Positions 21,430 to 30,918 of a stretch of 64,000 nucleotides of DNA are shown one piece after another. Within the stretch, counting starts at the first letter, position 1. Each line of letters opens with the position of its first letter. The notes under the pieces are model-generated. The model made no database searches and had not been told where the DNA came from. It was given only the letters and a program-made list of their open reading frames with translations. The position numbers and the translations under genes were made by a program. This DNA comes from an uncultured Acidobacteriota bacterium (GTDB lineage: Bacteria > Acidobacteriota > UBA6911). The stretch is taken from assembly GCA_963827655.1 (NCBI GenBank), contig CAWHCF010000010.1, forward strand, positions 192,001-256,000, read 5' to 3'.

Positions 21430-22428
21430 CTATTTTAGTCCTTCGGACCATCGTGCGGGTGTGATGCGGGCGCGGAGTTCGGCCGCCTTCTCCTCGGCAA
21501 GCGTGTCGTTGATAAACATTCCGGCGCCAGTCTCGCTCCCGGCGAGGTACTTGAGACGGTTGAAGGAGCGGAGCGGTGGATAGAACTCGATGTGGAAGTG
21601 ATAGTGATCGTACACGCCGCCGTCCGTCGGGCGCTGGTGAATTACCATCATGTAAGGAAACGAGAGGTTGAACAGCCGGTCATAAGCGACCAGCAGGGAC
21701 TTGAGCATCGAAGCCAGGTCTCTTTGCTCCTCGCGGCCGAGATCCGTAAGGGCCTGGATATGTCGCTGCGCGGCGATGTGTACTTCGTAGGGCCAGCGCG
21801 CGAAAAAAGGAATATAACCGATAAAGGAACCGTTCTCCGCGATCATCCTGCGCCCATCGCGGCGCTCTTCGGTCATGACGTCACAAATGAGACAACGTCC
21901 CGTCCGCTCCCGGTGACGGCTCGATCGCTCGAGTTCTTGCCGGATGCGAGGCGGGATGAAGGGATAGGCGTAAATCTGGCTGTGGGGATGATGGAGCGTG
22001 ACTCCGATCGACTCCCCCTTATTCTCGAACACGAAAACGTAATCCACAAAATCCAGGGCCCCCAGCTCCTCGAAGCGGTCAGTCCAAACTCGGACCACCT
22101 TGTCAATCTGTTCCACCGGCTCTTCCGCCAGGGTCGAAGTATGGCGGGGAGCATAGAGCACCACCTCGCAGACACCCCGGGCAGGGCGAACCGGATAGAG
22201 GTCGGTTGTCTCGATGCTCGGAGCCTCGGGACTGGACTGGAGGCTTGGAAAGCGATTCTCGAAAACCACGATATCGTAGGCGCTGTCGGGTACTTCGGTA
22301 GAAAACCCGCCGGGCTCCGTAGGGCAGAGGGGGCAGTATCCCGGGGGAGGTAGAAATGTCCGCTCTTGACGGTGCGTTGCGGTAGCCACCCATTCCCCTA
22401 GCAACGGATTCCAGCGCAGCTCGCTCAT
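21430..22428 (-). CDS. galT: Galactose-1-phosphate uridylyltransferase
   Basis: MSELRWNPLLGEW, CPLCP, FENKG, HPHSQ active site, KYLAGSE. Confidence 0.96.
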   Translation of the reverse strand: MSELRWNPLLGEWVATATHRQERTFLPPPGYCPLCPTEPGGFSTEVPDSAYDIVVFENRFPSLQSSPEAPSIETTDLYPVRPARGVCEVVLYAPRHTSTLAEEPVEQIDKVVRVWTDRFEELGALDFVDYVFVFENKGESIGVTLHHPHSQIYAYPFIPPRIRQELERSSRHRERTGRCLICDVMTEERRDGRRMIAENGSFIGYIPFFARWPYEVHIAAQRHIQALTDLGREEQRDLASMLKSLLVAYDRLFNLSFPYMMVIHQRPTDGGVYDHYHFHIEFYPPLRSFNRLKYLAGSETGAGMFINDTLAEEKAAELRARITPARWSEGLK

Positions 22429-22430
22429 TT

Positions 22431-22610
22431 TTATTGCTTCTTGCGCCTATTTTCCGGAGGTGGCCTCATTTTGGGGCTTTCTTCTTTGGACTTATCTTCA
22501 TTGTCCCGGGGAGTGGTTTCCAGTTCCTTTTCCGCTCCAGAGCGCTCGTCGTCAAATGTGTAGAAGATCAGATAGCGCCCGTCCGGCAGCTTGATGCAAC
22601 GTTTTTGCAT
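22431..22610 (-). CDS. 59-aa small protein resembling the N-terminal extension of actinobacterial GalT
   Basis: MQKRCIKLPDGRYLIFYTF...; stop codon 2 nt before the galT ATG. Confidence 0.6.
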   Translation of the reverse strand: MQKRCIKLPDGRYLIFYTFDDERSGAEKELETTPRDNEDKSKEESPKMRPPPENRRKKQ

Positions 22611-22681
22611 GAAGGTCGTGGGCCGGTCCATAACACCGAGACTCAAAGACACGAAGAAACACCAGGAATCTTTGCAACGTC

Positions 22682-23671
22682 TCAACCGCCCTTTGAGTCG
22701 TAACCGAACGGGTGATCCTGCATCCAGATCCAGGCCGAACCAATCATCGTGTCCAATTGTTGGAATTGAGGGTCCCATCCCAGCTCGCGTCTGATCTTAT
22801 CAGAGCTGGCAACGAGCACCGCGGGATCGCCCGGTCTGCGAGGTCCGAACCGAAGTGGAATCTCGCGCCCCGTTACCGCGCGAGCCGTCTCGATGACCTC
22901 GAGCACCGAGTAGCCGTTGCCCCCGCATCCCAGGTTGTATGTCGCACTGCGGTGGTCTAGAAGACCAAGCGCAAGCACGTGGGCGCGCGCCAGGTCGACA
23001 ACATGGACGTAGTCTCGCACGCAGGTTCCGTCGGGCGTGGAATAGTCGTCTCCGTAGACCTCGACCAACCCTCTGCGTCCGGCGGCTGCCTCGAGTACCA
23101 GAGGGATCAGATGGGTTTCAGGATGGTGCCATTCGCCGCGCCTCCGGCTTGCCCCGGCGGCGTTGAAGTAGCGCAACGAAGCATGACGCAGGCCGTAAGC
23201 TTCCCCGTACCATTGCAGCGCGCGCTCCAGAGCGAGCTTGGTTTCGCCGTACGGATTGGTCGGATACACCGGATCAGTCTCATCGATTGGCTGTTTCTCC
23301 CGGTCACCATAGACCGCCGCCGTTGATGAGAAGACCAGTCGCGCGACGCCACACTCCTTCATGGCATCGAGCAGCGAAAGACCGGCACTTACGTTGTTTC
23401 GATAATACCGCTGAGGGTCTGAGAAGGATTCTCCCACGAGCGAATCCGCCGCCATGTGAATTACGGCTTCGATCTTGTAGTGAGACAGAACGTGGCACAG
23501 GGCTCCCCTGTCGGCCAGTTCCGCCCTCACCAGCGGAGTTTCAGCGCCAACCGCTCCGGCGTGACCCTTGCTGAGATTGTCGTAGACGACGGCTTCGTGT
23601 CCATGACCCGTTAATTCTTCGGTCACGACGCTTCCAATATAACCCGCTCCGCCGGTGACCAGAACACGCAT
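22682..23671 (-). CDS. galE: UDP-glucose 4-epimerase
   Basis: VTGGAGYIGS, FSSTAAVYG, YGETK, LRYFNAAG, DGTCVRDYVHV, RRPGD. Confidence 0.97.
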   Translation of the reverse strand: MRVLVTGGAGYIGSVVTEELTGHGHEAVVYDNLSKGHAGAVGAETPLVRAELADRGALCHVLSHYKIEAVIHMAADSLVGESFSDPQRYYRNNVSAGLSLLDAMKECGVARLVFSSTAAVYGDREKQPIDETDPVYPTNPYGETKLALERALQWYGEAYGLRHASLRYFNAAGASRRRGEWHHPETHLIPLVLEAAAGRRGLVEVYGDDYSTPDGTCVRDYVHVVDLARAHVLALGLLDHRSATYNLGCGGNGYSVLEVIETARAVTGREIPLRFGPRRPGDPAVLVASSDKIRRELGWDPQFQQLDTMIGSAWIWMQDHPFGYDSKGG

Positions 23672-23682
23672 GAGTACTCAGT

Positions 23683-23764
23683 CCTAGCGTCTTCGTGTCT
23701 TCGTGGTTAGCGCTGCGAAACAAATACCGCCAAGACAGGAAGACACCAAGAAACACCAAGAATC
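23683..23764. repeat. Family B palindromic repeat
   Basis: CTTCGTGTCTTCGTGGTTAGCGCTGCGAAACAAATACCGCCAAGACAGGAAGACACCAAGAAACACCAAGAAT. Confidence 0.88.
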
Positions 23765-24538
23765 TTAAGAAGGAGGATTCTCTTCGACCGGGTTCGGCGC
23801 CGCTCCGGAGATTTCGTGCTCTCCGAGCCTGACGACCACGACCGTTACATTGTCGGGGCCACCGGCCCGGTTCGCCGTCGTTACCAGAGCTTCCCCCATG
23901 GCCTGGGGAGACTTCTGACTATCTGAGAGAATCTCGCGGATGGTGTCGTCCGGAACTACGTCGGTCAGCCCATCGGAGCAGAGAAGATAGACGTCGCCTT
24001 CTCGTGCCTCTCCGCGCTCCAGGTCTATCTCGACCTGTGGATGCGGGCCGATCGATCGCGTGATCAGGTTTTTTTGAGGATGACTTGAGAGTTCTTCTTT
24101 TCTAAGTATGCCGCTTTCGAACAGATGCCAGACCAGGGAGTGGTCACGTGTGAGTTGGTCCAGAACCCCGTCCCGCAACAGGTACGCCCTCGAGTCCCCC
24201 ACGTGAGCGATGTAGTAGCGGTTGTCTTTAAACGATAAGGCCGTTAGCGTGCTGCCCATCCCCGCCAGTTCCGGTTCCAGAGATTGGGTCTCGTGTATCC
24301 GGGCGTTAGCCTTCACCGCTGCTGAAAACAGGGCAGCTTCAGGTTGATCATTGCTGCTGTGCGCGATCGATTCTTCCATTGTCGAAGCAGCTATCTTGCT
24401 CGCTACTTCTCCAGCGGCGTGTCCTCCCATCCCGTCTGCCACGAGAAAGAGTCTTCGATCAGCGTTGGCGGCGTAAGAATCTTCATTCGAAGTTCTGACT
24501 TTGCCCTGGTCGGATAGGATGCCGTACTGAATGTCCAA
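23765..24538 (-). CDS. Stp1/IreP family PP2C Ser/Thr phosphatase
   Basis: RTSNED, VADGMGGHAAGEVAS, HVGDSRAY, LCSDGL, GGPDNVT. Confidence 0.95.
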   Translation of the reverse strand: MDIQYGILSDQGKVRTSNEDSYAANADRRLFLVADGMGGHAAGEVASKIAASTMEESIAHSSNDQPEAALFSAAVKANARIHETQSLEPELAGMGSTLTALSFKDNRYYIAHVGDSRAYLLRDGVLDQLTRDHSLVWHLFESGILRKEELSSHPQKNLITRSIGPHPQVEIDLERGEAREGDVYLLCSDGLTDVVPDDTIREILSDSQKSPQAMGEALVTTANRAGGPDNVTVVVVRLGEHEISGAAPNPVEENPPS

Positions 24539-24716
24539 GGAATTCGTCGCCTTTGAAAGCCCATTGAGGCGGAGTTCTTATAGCACGCAGGACTCTGTTC
24601 TATCAAGCCTCGCCAGCCACTGCTGGCTGAGACGGCTCGTCTACCGAGGAACGGTCGTCGCCTCGAGGCCCGGCAGTTTTCAGGGAGATTCAATCGGGGA
24701 TCCAATCGGTTGGATC

Positions 24717-24751
24717 AAAAACAAAAGGCAGGCGCTCATCGCACCTGCCTT
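24717..24751 (-). terminator. Rho-independent terminator after the small ORF
   Basis: Minus strand AAGGCAGGTGC-GATGA-GCGCCTGCCTT followed by TTGTTTTT. Confidence 0.75.
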
Positions 24752-24779
24752 CGATGTACTCGTGTGTTGTGGTTTCGAT

Positions 24780-24962
24780 TTACGCTCCGACCATATGAGC
24801 GCGAGAAAGTGTGACCCGACTTGTCCGCGTCTGGCGCTCCGCACGGCGAAGCTTCACTCTCTGAACCATCTCGCGTCGCGCGCTTACGAAGGAATCAAAG
24901 GTCTTGCCGTCGAACATGTACAAATCGCATCCAATTTTTTCAATGCGGGCCACGATTTTCAT
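24780..24962 (-). CDS. 60-aa basic hypothetical protein
   Basis: Strong RBS (GAGGAGG) before ATG at 24962 and its own terminator downstream. Confidence 0.6.
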   Translation of the reverse strand: MKIVARIEKIGCDLYMFDGKTFDSFVSARREMVQRVKLRRAERQTRTSRVTLSRAHMVGA

Positions 24963-25446
24963 GCTTCCTCCTCTCTGGGCACGGCGCGGGAGGGAGGCAT
25001 GCAAGAGCCTCTACATCTCCCGGTTCTTCTGCATTCTGACCCGTCCCTTCAACAGCATCGGCGCTTGATCCGCCCGACGCTACCAGCAAATGCAATTTCC
25101 ATGCCCGATGCCCGGAAACATTTGCGATCGCTTGATTCCTAAAAGGTTCCGGGCGAACCCTTATCGTTTCCGCTCTTCACAAGCGCTTTGAGACGGTCGG
25201 AATTATTTCCCGCGGCGATAAATTTCATTAAGCTTGTGCTCGTGTTATTCCCAGTCCTCATATGCCTTTAACGTTTCCGGGGCTTCTCGTGCCCATTACC
25301 AAAATGGAACGAAAGTCGTGGAATCGACTACTCCTTTTCTATTTCAGATCCCACGTCTTCCTTTGTGCTAGAATTCTTTCATTCGTATCATGGAAAAGCA
25401 CAACCTTGCCTGGTCGGATCAAGGAGGCTAACCTTAAGGAAGTCGT

Positions 25447-27222
25447 ATGTCTTTCAAATATTCGCGATTTCGACGATGCGTTCCATGGGTCGCCTTGGTT
25501 CTGCTGATCGCCCAGGTGGGCCTGGCCGGGATATCTCGGACCTTGCAAGATCAGTATCGGCGGCGTTACCAGAATAAGGCGCTGTTTCTCAAGGTTCCGA
25601 TTTTTTCCGAGAGGCACCTCATTGCGGTCGGAAGTCGTCTTCCGCAATCGTCCGCATCGACTCCGCCTCGTTTCAAGGTTGGAGATCAAGTGCGTATCCT
25701 CGGTATCGAGTTCGGAGGGGACGAAATCAAGTTCCAGGTCGGATCCATTGCGGGGACCAGTCCTTCGGAAATCTTGTTCAAGTTTGATGGTGATCTGGCT
25801 GAGGAATTTCCCAACCGGAATGAGTTTGAGGCCGCTCTGGCGGCTACCTTCACCGAAGGTCTCCGATACAGCGATCTCGAAGACGCGAAGAAGGGTTATG
25901 TAGAAGATGCTTTCGAGCGGGCAGTTCGCGAGATTTCTTCAACCAGCGGGGCAAGCCGCGAGACGGTGCTCAAGAACATGGCTCCGCGGCTTCCCGCCTA
26001 CCAGGATGCGCTGCGCGATCTTGAAAACCTCAAAGTCAAGAACCAGGATCTGACGGGCCAGGTCGCACAGCTTCAGTCGGAAAATAAACGGGTCGAGACT
26101 GAACTGCGGCAGCATCAGGCGGAAGTTTCCAAGCTTCGAGGTCTAAGCGCGACATTGCAGGAAAAAACCGACAGCTCGTCTACACAGCTAACCCGCCTCG
26201 GCGATGACCTTAAGAATCTTCGAGGACAAGTTCAGGCATACCAAAGTCAGTTCGCGAATCTGCAGCGCTCGCTCAATATCAGAGTAGATCCGAAAGGCGA
26301 GCTGGCTTCGCAGTTCGGCGAGGTGGTCCAGGCAACGAAGAAACTGCAGAAGGACGGCGAGACTCTCGCGGAGCAGAATAACACTCTTCGCACCAACCTG
26401 GAGAAAGAGCAAGCCGCCAGCAAGCGGCTCTCAGGTGAGATTGAAGACGCCAAGAATTCCAACCGCCAGATGCGCGAAACAATCGAAACCTTGAGCTCGA
26501 AGGAAGATTCGCTCGCCCGGCAGTACCTGAAACTCAAGCAGGTAAAAGAAAACCTGGAGAATGTCACCCTTTCGATGGGAAGTCTGACCACCCAGACGGT
26601 CGACGACAAATCTCAGGCGGGCATACGGAGTCGCAAGGCGAATGTTTATCTGCGGAGCATTCTTCTTGGTACTCTGGAATGGAAACTTCCGGAGCGCTTG
26701 AGTCCCAATGGGACCGGCGGTGGAGAAGCGCGCTTCGCCACCGAATCAATCGATTACGTGCGTGTCGCGCCCGAGGAGCGGCACGTTCTCAGGTCGCTGG
26801 GAGAACGATTCAAGGTTGGGATGAAACTTTCTTCGCTGTCTTCCGGGATGGAAGTTAGACCTGGCGCGGGGGAGGCTTTGCAAGAAGTCGGAGAGCGTGA
26901 CCAGGCGACCTGGCGATGGAACATCGTCAACCGCGGCACGGAGGACACCCGCGTGGTAATTGCCGTCACACTGCTTAATGGCAATGGTGATGAGATTCCG
27001 CTGGCGAAAGACGACCACGTAGTCTTGTCTTCCAGTGTTGTCCGCCAGGCGCGAAATTATTTACAGCCCGTACCTATTGGCCTGGGAGCGCTCCTGGGAC
27101 TCCTGGCAATGGCAATTGTCGGAGTCTTTCGAAGGGGGAGGAGATCAGAGCACGCCCGCAGCCATCCTGAAAGCCCTCGCTCCGAGCCCCCCTCATACGT
27201 CGGTCAGCGAAAACAACTCTAA
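25447..27222 (+). CDS. Exported long coiled-coil protein with C-terminal membrane anchor
   Basis: Signal peptide, about 200-aa heptad-rich Q/E/K/L region, beta-rich domain, C-terminal TM segment with basic tail. Confidence 0.8.
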   Translation: MSFKYSRFRRCVPWVALVLLIAQVGLAGISRTLQDQYRRRYQNKALFLKVPIFSERHLIAVGSRLPQSSASTPPRFKVGDQVRILGIEFGGDEIKFQVGSIAGTSPSEILFKFDGDLAEEFPNRNEFEAALAATFTEGLRYSDLEDAKKGYVEDAFERAVREISSTSGASRETVLKNMAPRLPAYQDALRDLENLKVKNQDLTGQVAQLQSENKRVETELRQHQAEVSKLRGLSATLQEKTDSSSTQLTRLGDDLKNLRGQVQAYQSQFANLQRSLNIRVDPKGELASQFGEVVQATKKLQKDGETLAEQNNTLRTNLEKEQAASKRLSGEIEDAKNSNRQMRETIETLSSKEDSLARQYLKLKQVKENLENVTLSMGSLTTQTVDDKSQAGIRSRKANVYLRSILLGTLEWKLPERLSPNGTGGGEARFATESIDYVRVAPEERHVLRSLGERFKVGMKLSSLSSGMEVRPGAGEALQEVGERDQATWRWNIVNRGTEDTRVVIAVTLLNGNGDEIPLAKDDHVVLSSSVVRQARNYLQPVPIGLGALLGLLAMAIVGVFRRGRRSEHARSHPESPRSEPPSYVGQRKQL

Positions 27223-27475
27223 CGATTTACGATTTACGATTGACGATTGCGAGCTTGGCGGCAGCTGGTCAATCGTCATTCTAATCGGTAGAGTCCGGAC
27301 AAGCGCCGGAAACTCCCGCCAATCTTTCGTCCGAGCCCGCAGAATTACGATCGACGATTGACGATTGCAGCTTGCCGGTGGTTGTTCAATCGTGTGCCGC
27401 AAGATATCCCTTCCATCTCAGTCCGCAAACCTCGTAAATACCGTCAAATCGTAACGTCAATCGTCAATCGTCAAT
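27223..27475. repeat. Composite family A heptamer array between convergent genes
   Basis: Two ~40-nt units ACGATTGACGATTGC..GCTTG...TCAATCGT separated by unique DNA, ending in (TCAATCG)n overlapping the next stop codon. Confidence 0.8.
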
Positions 27476-29290
27476 TTGAACATGCCGGGCAGCCAGGCTG
27501 CGAATAATATTCCCGTGGCTTGGGTTGACGAGCCTGAAGTTGTACTTCTTGTTATTCCGGGTGCGGATCGCGATGTCGTCTCCTTGCACCCCCAGGTTGC
27601 GAAGACTGGCGTAAGCCTCGTAGAAACTGTGGTCGTTCTCGGTTGTCTTGTATTCCACGCCTTGTTCCGTAATCAGAAGATTCCCCTTGCAACTGGAGAA
27701 CGCATGCTTGTGTTCTACAGCGAAGGGAGCATTCTCCATCGATGCGAGACGGCTTCGCTGCTGCAAGTCTTGAACCATTGCTTGCAACCGGTCGGGCGTG
27801 TATTTGTCGACCCCGCCGAGTTTTTCCACCTTCCTTAAATGGTCGACGGCGTTCGCGATGTCGTTCCGGTGACGATCGTAAAGAAGGCCCAGGTTTAAGT
27901 GCGCCATGGCGTGGTTCGGGTTGAGCGAGGCGGCCTTCTCGAAATTGAGTATGGCGGTATCCAGTTGCTTCTGCTCCATGTGCGCAGCGCCCAGGTAGAA
28001 ATAGGCCTCGTCGCTGTTGGCATCAAATTTTAGAAACTCTCGCCACTCGACGATTGCTTTGTCATAAGCGCCGGAACGATAGGAATTGATGGCAGACTGG
28101 CGCAGAGTGGCGACCTTCTGGCCCAACTGTTGCTCCTCCTGCTTGCGCAGGAGACCCTGCTGTTCTTTAAGAGCGATTTCGGCCAGCTTGGCCTTCGCTT
28201 CCGCCACTTCAAGGCGCGACTTGCTGTAATTGTCCTCGGGAAAGTACTGCAGTACGAGTTTGAAATCGTTCCTCGCCCCCTGCCAATCGGCGCTGCTGAT
28301 CTTCGTGTCGCCGCGATTCTGCAGCAGCTCCTTTACGCGGAGAAGGGCTCCCTTCGCATACACGTTTTTCTTGTCGAGACGCTCTATGTTGCGAATTGCG
28401 TCCAGCGCATTGTCCTTTTCAGGAGGAACGAGACTCCCGGCTTTCACGGCAGCTTCGGCCTTAGCCGTCCACTCGGCCACCTGTTTCTCGCGATCCTTCA
28501 AGCTGGCGTCAATCTTGCCCGCTAGGTCGGTAAGTCGTTCGTTGATGGAGATATCGTCCGGAAGGATAGCAGCCAGCTGTTTGTAGTGTTTCTCGGCTTC
28601 GAGCCAGTCTTCGCGCGCGTAGGATACGTCTGCGCTGCGGCGCAGCCCTTCGGCGAGCTTTCCTTTCACTTCCTGGGCATGGGGATTCGCCGGATCGATA
28701 GCCAGAATCTTGTTGGCGAAGTAGAGAACATTGTAGTCGTCCGGAGGCGGGAGCAGGATGTTCTCCTTCTGCGCAGTCTCCAGCTTCTTCCTCCACGACT
28801 CGACTTCGGCAAGCTGTTCGTTGCTCAATTTGGCGATCAAAGGTTCAAGTTTCCAGTGAAGGTTCTCGGTCGCGTAGGGGATAACCTCCACTTGTTGGAC
28901 TCTCTCCTTGTATCCCTCCTTGACCGCCTTGATCTGGTATCCACCCGAACGCAGTTCTTCCACTGTGAGCGGACTGGAGCCCCTTGATTTACCGTCGACA
29001 AAAATGGTTGCTCCGGCCGGCGTGGTCTTCACGACGAGCCCGCCATACTTCGGTTTGAGCGACAGGTAGAAGAATGCGGCCGCGGCGCTCAGGAAAGCCA
29101 CGACGACGAGGAGTCCGAGGCTGAGGACCAGCGTGCGAACGGTTACGACCGCCGGCTCCGAACCGTTTCGAGGGGAATGATACGCGGGGGGCTGGAACGA
29201 CTCGACCGCCACATCCAGTTCGGCGCCGTCAACGGGACAGAAGCGGTAGCGATCTTCGTAACTTTCGCCGCATTTACTGCAACTTCTCAT
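27464..29290 (-). CDS. Zinc-ribbon/TM/PEGA/TPR-repeat membrane protein
   Basis: CSKC...CPVDG, one TM segment, PEGA (VKTTPAGATIFVDG...KEGY), multiple TPRs (EAYFYLG, AHLNLG). Confidence 0.85.
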   Translation of the reverse strand: MRSCSKCGESYEDRYRFCPVDGAELDVAVESFQPPAYHSPRNGSEPAVVTVRTLVLSLGLLVVVAFLSAAAAFFYLSLKPKYGGLVVKTTPAGATIFVDGKSRGSSPLTVEELRSGGYQIKAVKEGYKERVQQVEVIPYATENLHWKLEPLIAKLSNEQLAEVESWRKKLETAQKENILLPPPDDYNVLYFANKILAIDPANPHAQEVKGKLAEGLRRSADVSYAREDWLEAEKHYKQLAAILPDDISINERLTDLAGKIDASLKDREKQVAEWTAKAEAAVKAGSLVPPEKDNALDAIRNIERLDKKNVYAKGALLRVKELLQNRGDTKISSADWQGARNDFKLVLQYFPEDNYSKSRLEVAEAKAKLAEIALKEQQGLLRKQEEQQLGQKVATLRQSAINSYRSGAYDKAIVEWREFLKFDANSDEAYFYLGAAHMEQKQLDTAILNFEKAASLNPNHAMAHLNLGLLYDRHRNDIANAVDHLRKVEKLGGVDKYTPDRLQAMVQDLQQRSRLASMENAPFAVEHKHAFSSCKGNLLITEQGVEYKTTENDHSFYEAYASLRNLGVQGDDIAIRTRNNKKYNFRLVNPSHGNIIRSLAARHVQIDD

Positions 29291-29424
29291 GCACGGTAAG
29301 ATAGCATACCGTCTTGAACAGTTGAATACGGGCGCGCTCCGCCAACGACGCGCGCTGAAGTACGTGTTTCAGGTGTGAAACCAATACCACCAGGACACCA
29401 AGACACGAAGAAACACCAGGAGTC

Positions 29425-30672
29425 TCAGTGCACGCGCTCGTAATCACTCTGGAAGCAGCGCCTGATTCCGTAGACCAGAAGGATCGCTGCCGCAATGCAA
29501 ACAAGCGCTGCGGAACTCATCAAGGCGTCAAGTCCAAAGTTCTGTTTCCACATGCCTCCGAAGAGGGCCGCAAAACCCGAAACGAACGCTCCTATCAAGT
29601 TCAGGCATCCCACCGCCGAGGCTCGCGTGTCCGCGGGAACTACCTCGAAAGATGACACCATGAGATTGGCGATGAACAAGCCGCTCCCCAGACCGAATCC
29701 CACCGCAGCAATCTTGGTAAACAGGAGCGAGCTGCTGCTTCCGATCAGGTGAACGCACGGAGCCGAAAGGAAAAGGCCGGCGCAGACCAGCCACAGTCGG
29801 GCTGCCTTCGTGCGACGATAGAGCCGATCGGCCATGGCTCCACCCGCAAGCAAGCCAACCAGCGTGGCCGACTGAAGGTAGACCGTCGCCGTAAAACCTG
29901 CGTCGGCAAGAGTGAGTGAGAACTTTTCGTAGAGGAAATTGGGCAGCCAGGTATAGAGCAGCCAGAGAACGAAGGTAAAAGCCGGAAAAACGACGCAGAG
30001 AAAACGGTAGGTCGGAATTCCCGCAAGCACTCTTATGGCCAGGCGCCCGCCTGAGGTCTTGGTCTCGGCCCGCGCCTCTTCCCCCACGGTTCTCAGGAAT
30101 GCCAGGTAAGGAAAGGCAAAGATGATTCCGAAAACGCCAAGAGAGTAGAAGGCAAACCTCCAGTGATATTCCTGAGCCATGAAGCCGCCGTACCAACCCC
30201 CCATCACGACTCCGGCGAGCTGAGCCGTATCGAAAACCGCGATCGCTCGCGACCGGCTTTCGGGAGGATGAGCGTTGGCCGTCAGCGCAACGGCCGCCGG
30301 CATGAAGAGCGATTCCGTCACTCCAATGAGAGCCCGGCAGGCGAGCAGCATGAATGCCGAGTTCGACAGACCCGTCAAGGCGGTCACGCCGCTCCACAGG
30401 ACCAGGCTCACGACTACCAGCAGCCGCTTGGAGAAACGGTCGCCGATTTGCCCGGCAATGGGAGAACAGATCGCGTAAACCCAGAGGAAGATCGATCCGG
30501 TCAACCCAAGCTCGGTGTCGGTAAACTGGAGCTCTCGCTTGAGCAGAGGAAAGATCGAAAAGACCACCTGGCGGTCGGAATAATTGAGGAAGTAGGCGAC
30601 CCACATCAGGCCCACAAGGAACCAGGCCTGTCTGGCATTGCGATCCGGGTGACTGGTAATGTTGTCGGTCAG
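29425..30672 (-). CDS. MFS transporter (Spinster/ACS-like); start uncertain (in-frame CTG at 30672 or GTG at 30615)
   Basis: NYSDRQ, GQIGDRFSKR motif A, about 12 TM segments. Confidence 0.88.
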   Translation of the reverse strand: MTDNITSHPDRNARQAWFLVGLMWVAYFLNYSDRQVVFSIFPLLKRELQFTDTELGLTGSIFLWVYAICSPIAGQIGDRFSKRLLVVVSLVLWSGVTALTGLSNSAFMLLACRALIGVTESLFMPAAVALTANAHPPESRSRAIAVFDTAQLAGVVMGGWYGGFMAQEYHWRFAFYSLGVFGIIFAFPYLAFLRTVGEEARAETKTSGGRLAIRVLAGIPTYRFLCVVFPAFTFVLWLLYTWLPNFLYEKFSLTLADAGFTATVYLQSATLVGLLAGGAMADRLYRRTKAARLWLVCAGLFLSAPCVHLIGSSSSLLFTKIAAVGFGLGSGLFIANLMVSSFEVVPADTRASAVGCLNLIGAFVSGFAALFGGMWKQNFGLDALMSSAALVCIAAAILLVYGIRRCFQSDYERVH

Positions 30673-30704
30673 GCTCGATTCCCTCGTATTTGCTGTTCTT
30701 CGTA

Positions 30705-30786
30705 TTAGCGTTTTTCGTGTCTTCGTGGTTTAGCGCTGCGAAACAAATACCACCAGGACACTAAGACACGGAGAAACACCAAGAAT
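30705..30786. repeat. Family B palindromic repeat
   Basis: TCGTGTCTTCGTGGTTTAGCGCTGCGAAACAAATACCACCAGGACACTAAGACACGGAGAAACACCAAGAAT; a half-copy lies at 29382-29423. Confidence 0.88.
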
Positions 30787-30918
30787 TTTGGGCGCGGTAG
30801 GACCCGCAATCTATAAACCTCACGAAATTTGCAGTCAAGCGGCAACTGTGGCAGACTGCGCTGCACCAAGAGACGCCGAGGGCTTGCCGTCCCATCCGCC
30901 ATCCTGAGGGAAAACGCG

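Noticed and set aside
19982-21583. Long antisense or alternative-frame ORFs (e.g. 19982..21583 +, 35235..36593 -, 36274..37593 -, 58637..59950 -)
   Set aside because: They overlap well-supported genes on the opposite strand and have no recognisable motifs; expected shadow ORFs in GC-rich DNA.
27223-27475. CRISPR array
   Set aside because: Only two degenerate units built from heptamers, irregular spacer lengths, and no cas genes.
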